From the NCBI GenBank assembly GCA_047602605.1, contig JASGGW010000001.1, forward strand, positions 911,619 to 975,618: a stretch of DNA of 64,000 nt, given 5' to 3'. Below the pieces are notes generated by a model. That model ran no database searches and had not been told where the DNA came from. It saw only the letters and a program-made list of their open reading frames with translations. Below, piece after piece: positions 11,075 through 21,645 of this stretch. The DNA comes from Ferruginibacter sp. (GTDB lineage Bacteria > Bacteroidota > Bacteroidia > Chitinophagales > Chitinophagaceae). The position numbers and the translations under genes were made by a program. The stretch's first letter is position 1. Each line of letters opens with the position of its first letter.

Positions 11075-11090
11075 TATACGATCTTATCAC
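11075..11090. promoter_or_regulatory. Candidate AraC operator, copy 1 (TATACGATCTTATCAC)
   Basis: Similar motif recurs at 14605 and 16824 in the same orientation, each upstream of a minus-strand catabolic unit. Confidence 0.5.
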
Positions 11091-11100
11091 AGATACAGAG

Positions 11101-12741
11101 TCAGCCGGTGAAGCGTCCCAGCGCCAGATACCGGCTATACAGTTTTTCATATACGGCTGCTTTATTCTTTTCCGGCAGGTATTCTTTTTCGATACCCGTC
11201 TTCATTTTTTGTTGTGCTTCGGCTACCGAGGAATAAATGCCGGCAGCGGTTGCAGCCAGCATAGCGGCGCCCAATGCACAGGCCTGTTCCGAACGCATCA
11301 CCCGGATAGGCCTGTTCAATACATTGGCCAGTGTTTGCATCACAAATCCTGATTTCCTGCTGATGCCCCCGATAGCGATCACCTTATGTATCGGGATACC
11401 CTGTTCTTCAAAACGCTGCACAATAGCTCTTGATCCAAATGCAGTTGCTTCCACCAGTGCTTTGAATATGGTGACAGCATCCGTCCCTAACTGCAGACCG
11501 GCAATCGCCGCTTTCAATGAAAGATCAACATCGGGTGTGCGGCGGCCATTGATCCAATCCAATGCAACGGGATCATTTTCTGTAACAGGCAATGTCTTTG
11601 CTTTTTCATCCAGGAGCGGCAGGATATTTTCTTGTATGCTGTTCGCCTGCTCTTCGGTAATAATTCCTGTTGCAGCGCTATCCAGTGTAAAAGATAAAAT
11701 GCGAACATACCATTGGTACACATCGCCAAAAGCTGATTGGCCTGCTTCCAGTCCCAGCATCCCCGGGAGGATGGAACCGTTCACCTGTCCGCAGATCCCT
11801 TTTACCAGCGTATGCTGATGCGGCTCATTCGGAACCACCACCATATCACAAGTGGAAGTGCCCATTACTTTTACCAGTGTATAAGGTTCAATGTTCGCCC
11901 CCACTGCACCCACATGCGCATCAATGGAACCGGCAGCCACTGTAATACCTTCGGGCAACCCGAATTTATCAGCCCATTCAGCACATAAATGACCGGCGGG
12001 ATGATCCGCTTCGGTGGTGTCTTTGTATAAACGATTTTTTAAATCACCGAGATAAGGATCCAATGTACGGAGAAAATTTTCCGATGGCAAGCCGCCAAAG
12101 TTTTCATTCCACATGGCTTTATGACCGGCAGCAGAGCGGTTTCGTTTTATGAACAAGGGGTTTGTTTCACCCGTAAGCAAAGCTGTCAGCCAATCACAAT
12201 GTTCCACCCATGAAAATGCTTTTTCCCTCACTTTCTGATTAACACGGATGGTATGCAGGATCTTTGACCAGAACCATTCGGGAGAATAAAGTCCGCCGGA
12301 ATAGGCGGTATAATCCACGGCCCAGGCATGTGCCAGCGCATTGATCTCGTCTGCTTCTTTCTGCGCCGTATGATCTTTCCATAAAATAAACATGGCATCG
12401 GGATCCTCTTCAAATCCGGGAAGCAAAGCAAGAGGAGTGCCCGCTTCATCAACCGGGCCGGGTGTAGAACCTGTTGCATCCAAAGCAATGCTTTTTATTT
12501 GCTGAACCGTTCCGGTATCCAAAGCAGCAAGCGCTTGTTTCACCGCCTGTTGCATCGCTTCCATATGATCGGATGGATGCTGGCGAAAACGGGAATGGGC
12601 GGCATCACAATACAATCCTTTCTTCCACCTGGGATAATATGCTACACCACTGCTCATTTCTTTCCCGTCTTCAGTATTCACTACCAGGGCCCGTACAGAG
12701 TCCGTTCCAAAATCAAGTCCTATAACATAAGCAGGTTGCAT
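11101..12741 (-). CDS. araB: Ribulokinase (FGGY family)
   Basis: IGLDFGTDSVRA, WKDHTA, GTSTCD, LEAGQSAFGD, DWINGRRTP. Confidence 0.88.
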   Translation of the reverse strand: MQPAYVIGLDFGTDSVRALVVNTEDGKEMSSGVAYYPRWKKGLYCDAAHSRFRQHPSDHMEAMQQAVKQALAALDTGTVQQIKSIALDATGSTPGPVDEAGTPLALLPGFEEDPDAMFILWKDHTAQKEADEINALAHAWAVDYTAYSGGLYSPEWFWSKILHTIRVNQKVREKAFSWVEHCDWLTALLTGETNPLFIKRNRSAAGHKAMWNENFGGLPSENFLRTLDPYLGDLKNRLYKDTTEADHPAGHLCAEWADKFGLPEGITVAAGSIDAHVGAVGANIEPYTLVKVMGTSTCDMVVVPNEPHQHTLVKGICGQVNGSILPGMLGLEAGQSAFGDVYQWYVRILSFTLDSAATGIITEEQANSIQENILPLLDEKAKTLPVTENDPVALDWINGRRTPDVDLSLKAAIAGLQLGTDAVTIFKALVEATAFGSRAIVQRFEEQGIPIHKVIAIGGISRKSGFVMQTLANVLNRPIRVMRSEQACALGAAMLAATAAGIYSSVAEAQQKMKTGIEKEYLPEKNKAAVYEKLYSRYLALGRFTG

Positions 12742-12762
12742 AAAAATAAAATCTGTGGTTGT

Positions 12763-14367
12763 TTAATCAATTCCGCAATAATGTACTTCTATGCCGAGTT
12801 CCTGCAGGGCCGCTGCTTTAATACGGCAGGCTTTTGCGGCCATTGCTTCGTCATCGGCATATACTACATGAATATGATTGGCCTTGTGCTGCGCCATCAG
12901 CTGATCCCGGTTTATGCCATCCAGCAATGCATGCATGATGGGCCATTGAGGCGTTGTTGATTCCCATCTGCGGGTTGTTTCTTCTTCGGGAAGCTCCACC
13001 ACTTTACCTGTACCGATATCGCAATGCAGCTTTTCATTGAGCACATACACCCGGCTCCATACGATAGGACCCGGTTTGCTCACACCTTTCAATGTGCCGC
13101 CTCCCAACCGGAAATACATGGCTCCCTGCCTTTCGCTGGAAGCGCCTTTGTATCCATTGATAAAATGTGCAGGCGGCGCTGCGCCGGAGATCAGGAATAC
13201 CCAAACAAATCCGTCTACGCCGTTTCCTTTATAATGTTCTCCCCAGCGGATGTCATGCAATGTATTTTCACCGCTCATGCCTAACTCATTCCAGAGACGG
13301 TAAGTGAGCAAAGCATCAATGCCGGCGCATTCATCTACTTCGTTGAAATGGGGAAGCGCTTTGCCCGGATATAATTCACGGCCATCTTCTGCATATACCG
13401 GCGGGCGGTCTGTATTATTTAACAAGCCTTCCACGAGATCGCTGGCAGGCACCAGATCTTTAAGTCCCTGCTGGTATTGAATGCCGATCGTATCACAACC
13501 AAAGTCATCGGCAATACGGACAGCAGCGATATACATTTTACATTGTATCAATGTTTGGCGGCGGGTCAGTTCTGTTTCTTCATTGGTACCCCAGCTGAAT
13601 TTCATTCCCTTATCCAGCAGCCATTGAATAACCGCTTCGGCCTCCGGGTCAGTTACAGTCAGCATCCGGGCATATAAGGCAGATTGACTGAGCCGTTCTT
13701 TAAAAATACCGGCCGCATGCAGCAGCTGGTCGGGAACAATCGCATTGAACATACCCATGCAGCCTTCATCAAACACACCCATAATGGCTTTGCGGTTCCG
13801 GAACCGGCGGGCAAATTCTTTTCCCTGTCCTTCCTCTGCCGCACTTGTGTTCACTTCCCTATATTCTTTCACATGGTTGAGATCATGTGTTACGATGCCT
13901 TTTTCCAGCCATTGCTTCAACCCGGAAAGAAAAAATTCGTCATCAAAGTTTTCGCTCCATAGTGTGCTATAAACAACTCCTGCTTTGGTCAGTGAGCCAT
14001 TCATATTTAACATGCCTACCAGTCCCGGCCATTGGCCGCTCCAGTTGGCCACCGTAAGTATCGGTCCTTTATGAGTGGTGAGTCCTGCCAGCACATGGTG
14101 TGTATATTGCCATACACTTTCGGCTACAATCAAAGGGGCAGTGGGCGGGATATCCCGGAAAACTTCCATTCCCATTTTTTGAGAATCTATAAAGCCATGT
14201 TTTTTCTCCGGGTTATAAGAATGTGCACGACGGATTTCCCGGCCAAAGGATGTCACAGCTTCACTTAGTTGTGTTTCCATCGCATGCTGGGCTTCCCAGC
14301 AAACCTGGTTGGCAGAAAGGCGAAGGTCTCCGCTGGCAACAAGCCATATTTCATTGGTGGCAGGCAT
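12763..14367 (-). CDS. L-fucose/D-arabinose isomerase-like sugar isomerase
   Basis: [50 protein letters not shown]. Confidence 0.75.
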   Translation of the reverse strand: MPATNEIWLVASGDLRLSANQVCWEAQHAMETQLSEAVTSFGREIRRAHSYNPEKKHGFIDSQKMGMEVFRDIPPTAPLIVAESVWQYTHHVLAGLTTHKGPILTVANWSGQWPGLVGMLNMNGSLTKAGVVYSTLWSENFDDEFFLSGLKQWLEKGIVTHDLNHVKEYREVNTSAAEEGQGKEFARRFRNRKAIMGVFDEGCMGMFNAIVPDQLLHAAGIFKERLSQSALYARMLTVTDPEAEAVIQWLLDKGMKFSWGTNEETELTRRQTLIQCKMYIAAVRIADDFGCDTIGIQYQQGLKDLVPASDLVEGLLNNTDRPPVYAEDGRELYPGKALPHFNEVDECAGIDALLTYRLWNELGMSGENTLHDIRWGEHYKGNGVDGFVWVFLISGAAPPAHFINGYKGASSERQGAMYFRLGGGTLKGVSKPGPIVWSRVYVLNEKLHCDIGTGKVVELPEEETTRRWESTTPQWPIMHALLDGINRDQLMAQHKANHIHVVYADDEAMAAKACRIKAAALQELGIEVHYCGID

Positions 14368-14604
14368 GGTTAATGATTATTCGGGTTAATAATAGTGATG
14401 ACAAAATATGCAAACAGGATAAAGCGATGCGATGCCTTGCCTGGAGGAGAAAATATGCTCAAACCGTTCGGGGTAAAAATATTCATATAGCAACAGCAAT
14501 TATAATCGTTGATCCAGGGCGCTTACAAAAGCAGCATCTCGATTCCATTTCTACAAATATCTCCCGGTTATTTCCCGCTTTCTTTCAGTTTGTTAGCAAA
14601 AAAA

Positions 14605-14620
14605 TATAGGATCTTATCAT
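14605..14620. promoter_or_regulatory. Candidate AraC operator, copy 2 (TATAGGATCTTATCAT)
   Basis: 14/16 identical to copy 1; lies in the divergent isomerase/araC intergenic region. Confidence 0.5.
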
Positions 14621-14678
14621 GAGGTGATTTTGGTTTAAAAACAAATTTTTATCTTTAAAGTCAGTGAATGATTGTTAT

Positions 14679-15557
14679 ATGAAACCTCATTTCCATAAAG
14701 TCACCACTCCACTCCAGCGTTCCTTCTCCATCCGCCATGACCGGCAATCTAATTTCGGTCGTGTCTGGCACTATCATCCCGAACTGGAACTGCATTATAC
14801 TATACGGGGAGAGGGTGTACGTTTTATCGGCGATAACGTCAGTAATTTTTCTGAAGGTGAATTGATTTTATTAGGTGAAAACCTTCCGCATACCTGGCGT
14901 TGTCATGACCGCTATTACCAGCAGGAAGAAGAGTTGTATGTAGAAGCTATCGTACTCCAGTTTTTACCGGATTGTTTTGGAAGAGAACTTCTCAATTTGC
15001 CGGAAGCTTACCTGGTGCCCAAGCTTTTTGAAAAAGCCAAAAAAGGGATGAACATCAAAGGCATCGCAAAAGAAAAGATCGTACACTTTATGAAGGCTGC
15101 TGTAAACGCCGACAATATGGAGCGGATCATCCTTCTTTTACAAATCATAAAAACGCTGGCGGAAACGGATGAATACACACCCATTGCGTCAGCCCATGCT
15201 TTTTATAAGTCAAGCGAGTCAGAAACGCTCCGCCTGAACAAAGTATGCACTTATACGATGTCGAATTATAAAAAGGAAATCACGCTGGAAGAAATTGCAG
15301 GTATCAGTAATTTAAGCGTCACTTCGTTTTGCCGTTATTTTAAGATGATGACCCGCAAAACGTATGTAGATTTCTTGGTGGAGATCCGGATAAGCCATGC
15401 CTGCCGCATGCTGGTAGAAGATAAGTACCTGATAGGAATTATCTGTTTTGAATGCGGTTTCAACAATATCTCCAATTTTTACCGCCATTTCAAAAAGGTA
15501 ACAGGGATGAAACCTTTTGAATACAAGAAAAAATATTTACAGGAATCGGCAGCGTAA
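14679..15557 (+). CDS. AraC-family transcriptional regulator (cupin + HTH)
   Basis: WHYHPELEL cupin; CGFNNISNFYRHFKKVTGMKP C-terminal HTH. Confidence 0.93.
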   Translation: MKPHFHKVTTPLQRSFSIRHDRQSNFGRVWHYHPELELHYTIRGEGVRFIGDNVSNFSEGELILLGENLPHTWRCHDRYYQQEEELYVEAIVLQFLPDCFGRELLNLPEAYLVPKLFEKAKKGMNIKGIAKEKIVHFMKAAVNADNMERIILLLQIIKTLAETDEYTPIASAHAFYKSSESETLRLNKVCTYTMSNYKKEITLEEIAGISNLSVTSFCRYFKMMTRKTYVDFLVEIRISHACRMLVEDKYLIGIICFECGFNNISNFYRHFKKVTGMKPFEYKKKYLQESAA

Positions 15558-15659
15558 GCCTGGGCAGAAGAAAATAATGCAGTGTAATTTAAATAGCCAC
15601 AGGTAACGGATGCTGATCTACTTGGATTTTATAACAGCTACGCCAATTGTATTGCTATA

Positions 15660-16592
15660 TCAGGCAAAAACGCCTTTAATACCCAGCTTTCTTTGCAATA
15701 TGGTATAATCCTGCTCAAGCTTGTCCAGGTTTCTTTTGATTGTATTTCCAATAGTTCCTACTTTCCGCCGGGTCGTCAGCCCGATGGGGAATCCACGCAT
15801 TTGCAAAAAATATTTGGCTACAGCGGGATACACGTCATGCATCACATCCATCGTATCTGCCAGGAATTGCTGCGCCTGCTGTATTTGCTTTTCGTGCGCC
15901 GGGTCGCTGAAATTTTCGGCGATCCAGCTCACCAGTTCGGGTACAAAATTTCCCTGGATGCAGGATACCCCAGCACCTGCTTTTAGTGAAGCCACTGCAT
16001 TCACCATGTAAGCATCATATAATTCAAAATGAGCGCAGTCTGCCGTTGCTTTCAGTTTTTCCCTCACAGCATCAATGCTGAGACTGGTATCTTTATAATA
16101 CACTACCCGGCCGGTTCCAACAATGGTTTTTAACTGCGATGCCGATAACAAACGCTTATAGGGCACAGGGCATTCATAAAACCCGAAAGGAACGCCATCA
16201 CTCAAGCGGAACAGTTCATGTACGTTTTCATGCAGCGCTTCATCCGGCTCTTTTTCTTCGGCAAGAATGCTGCTGATGGCTACAACGGCGGCAACACCGG
16301 TATCGTAAATGCGTTTACAAAAATCAGCCTGGCAGTTAATAGAGCCACCGAAAGTCCCGGTACTGAATACCGGTACAGCGCCGGCTGCTTCTTTCACCAC
16401 AAATGCCGTAACAGCTAAACGTTCTTCTTCCGTAAGCTCAAACATTTCGCTGGAAAGGCAGTTGGCAAACAGTCCCGTGGCGCCTGCTTCAATATAATAA
16501 GCAGTCAATTTAGCAAGTATATCGTAATCTATTGTTCCCCTTTCATCGAAAGGTGTTAACATAACCGGGGCAAATTTTCCCTTGATCATCAT
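15660..16592 (-). CDS. DapA/NanA-like class I aldolase/dehydratase
   Basis: PVMLTPF, GLFANCLSSE, YECP, Schiff-base YYKDTS. Confidence 0.85.
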   Translation of the reverse strand: MMIKGKFAPVMLTPFDERGTIDYDILAKLTAYYIEAGATGLFANCLSSEMFELTEEERLAVTAFVVKEAAGAVPVFSTGTFGGSINCQADFCKRIYDTGVAAVVAISSILAEEKEPDEALHENVHELFRLSDGVPFGFYECPVPYKRLLSASQLKTIVGTGRVVYYKDTSLSIDAVREKLKATADCAHFELYDAYMVNAVASLKAGAGVSCIQGNFVPELVSWIAENFSDPAHEKQIQQAQQFLADTMDVMHDVYPAVAKYFLQMRGFPIGLTTRRKVGTIGNTIKRNLDKLEQDYTILQRKLGIKGVFA

Positions 16593-16603
16593 GAAGGTAT
16601 CGT

Positions 16604-16729
16604 TTAAAGTGAAAGCCTGTCAAATGTTTGAGTGAATAAACCTGCCATCAGCGAACCCGATTGCATCAGCAGCATTTGCCCGAGACAGGCAATAATGATC
16701 AGCATGTTTACAACAGGTAATTTGCTCAT
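16604..16729 (-). pseudogene. Possible deletion remnant of a membrane transporter gene (N-terminus resembles a sodium:solute symporter)
   Basis: 41-aa ORF MSKLPVVNMLIIIACLGQMLL.. between the candidate operator and the DapA-like gene. Confidence 0.3.
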
Positions 16730-16823
16730 CAACCGATTTTTTATAAAACCCTCAAACCAGGCTATTGATTTACAAAAATACCTGTCCGGGGAACGGGCAA
16801 TTTTGCGGTTTTTGCCCAATTAT

Positions 16824-16839
16824 TATACAATGCTATCAT
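16824..16839. promoter_or_regulatory. Candidate AraC operator, copy 3 (TATACAATGCTATCAT)
   Basis: AATTATTATAC..T..TATCA context shared with the 11069-11089 copy. Confidence 0.45.
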
Positions 16840-17075
16840 AAGGTGCAAGTTGAATCCAGTGTTGTGCTGCCTGTTATAATCCCTTCAGAGGGCCTGGAAG
16901 ATGGATTTTTTTGAATAAAAGCTGCTGTGCCGGCGATAAGCAGAACCGGTTTAGTGTATAGGTATTTATGGTAACAAACAACAAGAGAAAGAAGGCGATG
17001 CTATGAAAGAGCAGGCAATGGATTCCCAAAAGGATATTTAGTCGTTGCGAAGCAGAAACTTAATGTTTAAGCTTT

Positions 17076-18125
17076 TTATAGGAATGCCTGTTCCATTTTT
17101 TCTAAAAGCACTTTTTGATTTTCTGCCCTCACAAGATTATGATTGTTGTAAGCTGCTCCATAATATACATCATCCAGCAGGTAGTCTGTTAAAAAACGTA
17201 ATGCCTGCATATAGGTCAGAAATAGACCTGCATATAAAAAATAATCTTTTTCTTTTTCAGTCAGCTCGTTCCCCATTTCATTCATGTAGCCTTCAATAAT
17301 GGCATGGTATATATCCTTCCGGACTTCAATTTTTTCAAAATCCTTCTCTTCTTCATTGGCAGCGCTCAGGTAAGTCCGCATCATATCACCTACATCGCTT
17401 ATAAAGTAACCGGGCATTACAGTGTCAAGGTCAATTACACATAAGCCTTTATCGTTTTCATCAAACAGCACATTGCTGATTTTACTGTCATGGTGCGTAA
17501 CCCTTAATTTAAAGTCGGGGTCTGTTTTTATTTCTTCAAATTTTTCCACGATATCAATCCTTTGTTTTAATGCTGATACCAGTGAGCCTGCTTTGGCTAT
17601 GCGTTCTTTATTGCCGCTTTCGCAAGCGGCTTCAAATTGCCTGTACCGTAAAGAGAGGTTATGAAAATCCGGTAAAGTGACCTTGAGTAATGCAATATCA
17701 AATGAATGGAGGGATGCTGTAAATTTTGCAAATTGTTTTGCTGCTTCAAAAGCCTGCCCGGCTGTTGTAACACTGCTGATGGTATGCGTGTTTTTAATAA
17801 ACGGAAACAACCTGAAAGCTTCACCGTTTTGCCAGACCAGCGTTTTTGAATTGCCCGCAGCAACAGGGCTTGTAAATAAATAGCCTGGATGCTGCTGCTT
17901 GAGGTAACCTGCTATCAAAGAAATATTGGTGTCGATATCTTCCGGGTGTTTAAAAACCGATGAATTTATTTTTTGAAGGATGTACTGCTGCTCACGGGCG
18001 CAGATTTTCCATGTGCTGTTGATCAGGCCTTGTGTAACAGGTTCAATGCTCACGGCATCTGCATCAAGTCCAAACTGTTTTAAAACTGCGGATAATACCA
18101 TTGTTAATTCATTAAAATTCATCAT
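17076..18125 (-). CDS. APH-fold sugar kinase (N-acetylhexosamine 1-kinase/MdsC-like)
   Basis: GLINSTW, YILQKIN, RVTHHDSKISNVLFD, VIDLDTVMPG, QALRFLTDYL. Confidence 0.8.
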   Translation of the reverse strand: MMNFNELTMVLSAVLKQFGLDADAVSIEPVTQGLINSTWKICAREQQYILQKINSSVFKHPEDIDTNISLIAGYLKQQHPGYLFTSPVAAGNSKTLVWQNGEAFRLFPFIKNTHTISSVTTAGQAFEAAKQFAKFTASLHSFDIALLKVTLPDFHNLSLRYRQFEAACESGNKERIAKAGSLVSALKQRIDIVEKFEEIKTDPDFKLRVTHHDSKISNVLFDENDKGLCVIDLDTVMPGYFISDVGDMMRTYLSAANEEEKDFEKIEVRKDIYHAIIEGYMNEMGNELTEKEKDYFLYAGLFLTYMQALRFLTDYLLDDVYYGAAYNNHNLVRAENQKVLLEKMEQAFL

Positions 18126-18261
18126 TCAAAGCAAATACAGGTTTTCGGTACATCCATCTGCCACCGGTAAAATCCGGGAATTCCACCGTTTCATTATTCA
18201 GTTCAATGGCGCTCCATGCTGCTGCAATGCCCGCCTGCTGTAAAAAAAATTTTCTTTTCAC
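18112..18261 (-). pseudogene. Internally deleted remnant of a Gfo/Idh/MocA (GH109-like) gene
   Basis: Tat-like start (KRKFFLQQAGIAAA) fused directly to the C-terminal motifs AAAWSAI and EFPDFTGGRW. Confidence 0.6.
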
Positions 18262-18407
18262 ATTATATCGTTTTCCGGGAGAATGAAAAATAGGGAGCTG
18301 CAACAACCGTTACCGGGCCAAGATACTGTCTTTGTTGCAAGTAAATGATATGCAAACGAATGCACAATATCTCCGGTTAAAAAGATGACAGAAAAATGAA
18401 TAATTGC

Positions 18408-19428
18408 TTAATCGTTGTGCACCGCCAGCCTGGAGTCAATTTCAATATGCCTGAATTCCTGCTGTTCGTTGTCTTTATTATGCATCAGCAGCTCGATCAT
18501 GAGCTGCATGGCTTTTTCGCCCTGTTGGTGAGGATACTGTTCAACCGACGCCATCGGCGGATGAGCGATGTACTGCATGATGGAGAGATTGGCATAGCTT
18601 ACAAACATAATATCCCTGTTGATCCGCAGCCCTTTTTTCTCGGCATGCTGAACGGCATCCATATGTACATAATCGTTGAAGCTGATAATAGCTTTGGGCG
18701 GATTTTTCAGCGCTAGCAGCTTATCGAGTGCGGCCTGCGTACCCTGTTTGGTGAGATCGGTTTTTTCCACCAGCTGCATATTCACTTTAAGCTTTTGTCT
18801 GGAGATGCCATCAATATAACCCTGCAGCCTTTCTTTGCTGGCCACAATTTTATCGGGCCCGTTAATAAAAGCAATGCGCCGGTGTCCCTGGTCAAAAATC
18901 CATTTCACCAGGTCGGTGGTGCCGGTGTAAAGATTACAGTATACTTTGTGGGCATTTTGATGAGCGGGCACCCGGTCAAAATATACAACGGGAATATTAT
19001 ATTTTTCAAGTGCAGCAAGATGCTCGTAGTGGTTGGTTTGTTTGGAAAGAGAAATGATGAGCCCGTCCACTCTTTGCTTGCGCATGGCAGCCACGATCTT
19101 TTGTTCTTTTTCAACATCATCATAGCTCTGACCAAAAAGAATGGTATAATCCTGCTTCAGCGCAGCGCCTTCCATACCGCTGATGGCTTCCGAGAAAAAT
19201 TCTTCTTTTATGGAAGGAAGCACTACGCCGATGATCATCGTCTTATTCTGCTTGAAAAAAATGGCTTGTGCATTGGGCTCATAACCCAGCTCCTTTGCCA
19301 GCTGTTTTATCTTTTCCTTGGTAACAAGGCCTATGCGGGGATGATCGTTCAATGCCCGTGAAACCGTGGATACTGAGACATTCAGTCTTCGGGCAATTTC
19401 TTTTGTAGTAGGTAAGCTTAGCGCTCAT
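18408..19428 (-). pseudogene. LacI-family regulator with a +1 frameshift at about codon 5
   Basis: The frame upstream of the called TTG reads PTTKEIARRLNVSVSTVSRALNDHPRI (LacI HTH) but hits TGA at 19427-19425; the ATG at 19428 (MSAKL) is one base out of frame. Confidence 0.75.
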
Positions 19429-19528
19429 GTTTGTAAAACTAAATTACCTAAAATAATGGGGAAGTTTACAGGGCCGGAAGATTTATTTTTAAAGGTGAAA
19501 AGCCTGTAATCCGGCGGCTGTGGCAGTG

Positions 19529-20152
19529 TTATATGTTAAAGCTGGTGGCCAGTTCCTTAAGCTCAATGAGGTTGCTCACTTTTAATTTCTCAAAAATGCG
19601 TGCTTTGTGTGTGCCAACGGTGGATACCTGCAGGTTAAGCTTATTGGCTATCTGGCTGATGCCTTCACCGGCAAGCAGCAGCGTGGTGATCTCAAATTCA
19701 CGGGGTGAAAGTGTATCAAATAAATTCGTTTTGCCCATGCGGCTTCCCTGTTCAGCCAACGCTTCCACCAGTGTATCGCTGATATATTTTTTGCCGCTCA
19801 GCACCAGGTTGATGGCTTTTATAATTTCATCAAGCGGCGCCACTTTATTGATAAATCCTTTGGCGCCTGCGGTTAAAAAACGTTTGGCATAGATGCTTTC
19901 GGAGTTCATGGAAAAAACCAGCACCTTGGCTTCGGGATAAGTATTGTGGATGTATTCCATCAGCAATAAAGTGTTGGTATCGGGCATTTTAATATCCAGG
20001 ATGATAAGGTCGTATTCGTGCAGCTTCAGTTTAATATGCGCCGATTCGCCGTCTTCTGCCTCATCGATGGTACATGGCTTATAGAGATCGGATAGGATCT
20101 GTTTCAATCCCGAACGTACCACAACATGATCGTCAATTAATAAAAAACGCAT
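19529..20152 (-). CDS. NarL/LuxR-family response regulator
   Basis: LIDDH, LDIKMP receiver; LSPREFEI..STVGTHKARIFEKL HTH. Confidence 0.92.
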   Translation of the reverse strand: MRFLLIDDHVVVRSGLKQILSDLYKPCTIDEAEDGESAHIKLKLHEYDLIILDIKMPDTNTLLLMEYIHNTYPEAKVLVFSMNSESIYAKRFLTAGAKGFINKVAPLDEIIKAINLVLSGKKYISDTLVEALAEQGSRMGKTNLFDTLSPREFEITTLLLAGEGISQIANKLNLQVSTVGTHKARIFEKLKVSNLIELKELATSFNI

Positions 20153-20196
20153 TTTGATAAAGAATACTTAATGTAAGACTAATGCAAAAAAACGAG

Positions 20197-21645
20197 TTAA
20201 ACAAGCATTGTGGCCTTACTGATGGGAAATTTTATTTCAAAAAGACTTCCTTTGCCCGGTTTTGATTTTATTTCAAGTTTTCCGCCGTACATGCCTGCCC
20301 TGCTCTGGATATGGCTGAGGCCGATGCCCGCTTTTTTCTGGCTGGTATCGAAACCGATGCCGTCGTCTTTCACTTCCAGTACAATCTCTTTGTTATCCGA
20401 TTTCAGCAGGATGCATGCATTGCTTGCTTTTGCATGCTTTAAAATATTAGTGAGCTGTTCCTGTATGATCCGGTAGAGGGTGATCTTGAAATTTTCGTTG
20501 AGATCGTCTTCGCAGAAATGTTCCAGGTCTACTTCCACGTTGAGCTCATTCACCATCATAATATCTTCTCTCAGTATCATAATAGATTCGCACAATCCCA
20601 GCTCTCCTATCAGCGGGGCGTGTAATACTTTTGAGAGAGAGCGTATTTCTTCAATTGCATTGGTGATATAGCCGGATGCCTGTGCCAGCAGCGATTCGCT
20701 GCGTGTGCCGTCATCTTTCGCCGCTGCATCTATAAACAGCTTGCTGGCGCTTAAAAGCTGGTTCACATTATCATGCAGCTCTTTGCCGATTTCATTGCGT
20801 TCTTTTTCCTGGGCTGTTACTACAGCTTCTGCAATTTCTTTCTGCTTCAGCAGCTGCTCTTCGTCCAGTTTTTCTTCCAGCAACAGCTTTTCGGTAATAT
20901 CTTCCATGATGCCCACCAGCCGCACAGCAATACCGTTCTCATAAATGATATAACCCCTGTCGTGGAAATAGCGGTAATCGCCCCTGGCCGTTTTGAAACG
21001 GTAATTGTCCTCCCAGATGTTGACCTGGTTGTCGAGGAAAAAAGATTTGAGCCGGTTAAGCACCCGGTCCTTATCATCGGGATGAAGACCCCTTTCCCAG
21101 AAAGTGGTATCCACTTTAATCATCGATTCATTATAACCCAGGCTTGTCTTAAGCCCGTTGCCTATCCATACAGAACTTCTTTTCAGCAGCTGCCAGTCCC
21201 ACACAATATCATTGGTGGCCTGTGCCAGCAGCTCCAGTCTTTCCACCAGCTTCCTGAACTTATCTGCTTTTTGCTGCATGGAGCAATTGTATTCGATGAT
21301 CTTTCTCAGCGCAAAAGCTGATAATTCATTTTTAGGAATGATATCTGTAATATCATTCTGAATAATATCTGCCGGCGTTTCCTCTGTAAGCCATATAACA
21401 GGCACAAAAGGAAAAGTCGTTTTGATGTAAGCGATAGCCTTATCTATATCTGCTGCCGCAGCATCAATAAAAATGATATGAGGTGGTTCGGTATTTTCCA
21501 GCGGCAGTATATTGTCCTGCACTGCTGCCACAGCCGATAAACAGGCGTTCAGGTTACCCTCTTTTAACAGAGCTGCAAAGCGTTTTTTTTCTGCTTCGTC
21601 AGGCTCTATAAGTAATATATTCAGCGCCTCCGGTAGGCAATTCAT
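20197..21645 (-). CDS. Cytoplasmic sensor histidine kinase (degenerate receiver-PAS-HisKA_3-HATPase)
   Basis: LHPDD PAS; ERNEIGKELHDNVNQ H-box; DDGIGFD, GIGL. Confidence 0.88.
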   Translation of the reverse strand: MNCLPEALNILLIEPDEAEKKRFAALLKEGNLNACLSAVAAVQDNILPLENTEPPHIIFIDAAAADIDKAIAYIKTTFPFVPVIWLTEETPADIIQNDITDIIPKNELSAFALRKIIEYNCSMQQKADKFRKLVERLELLAQATNDIVWDWQLLKRSSVWIGNGLKTSLGYNESMIKVDTTFWERGLHPDDKDRVLNRLKSFFLDNQVNIWEDNYRFKTARGDYRYFHDRGYIIYENGIAVRLVGIMEDITEKLLLEEKLDEEQLLKQKEIAEAVVTAQEKERNEIGKELHDNVNQLLSASKLFIDAAAKDDGTRSESLLAQASGYITNAIEEIRSLSKVLHAPLIGELGLCESIMILREDIMMVNELNVEVDLEHFCEDDLNENFKITLYRIIQEQLTNILKHAKASNACILLKSDNKEIVLEVKDDGIGFDTSQKKAGIGLSHIQSRAGMYGGKLEIKSKPGKGSLFEIKFPISKATMLV

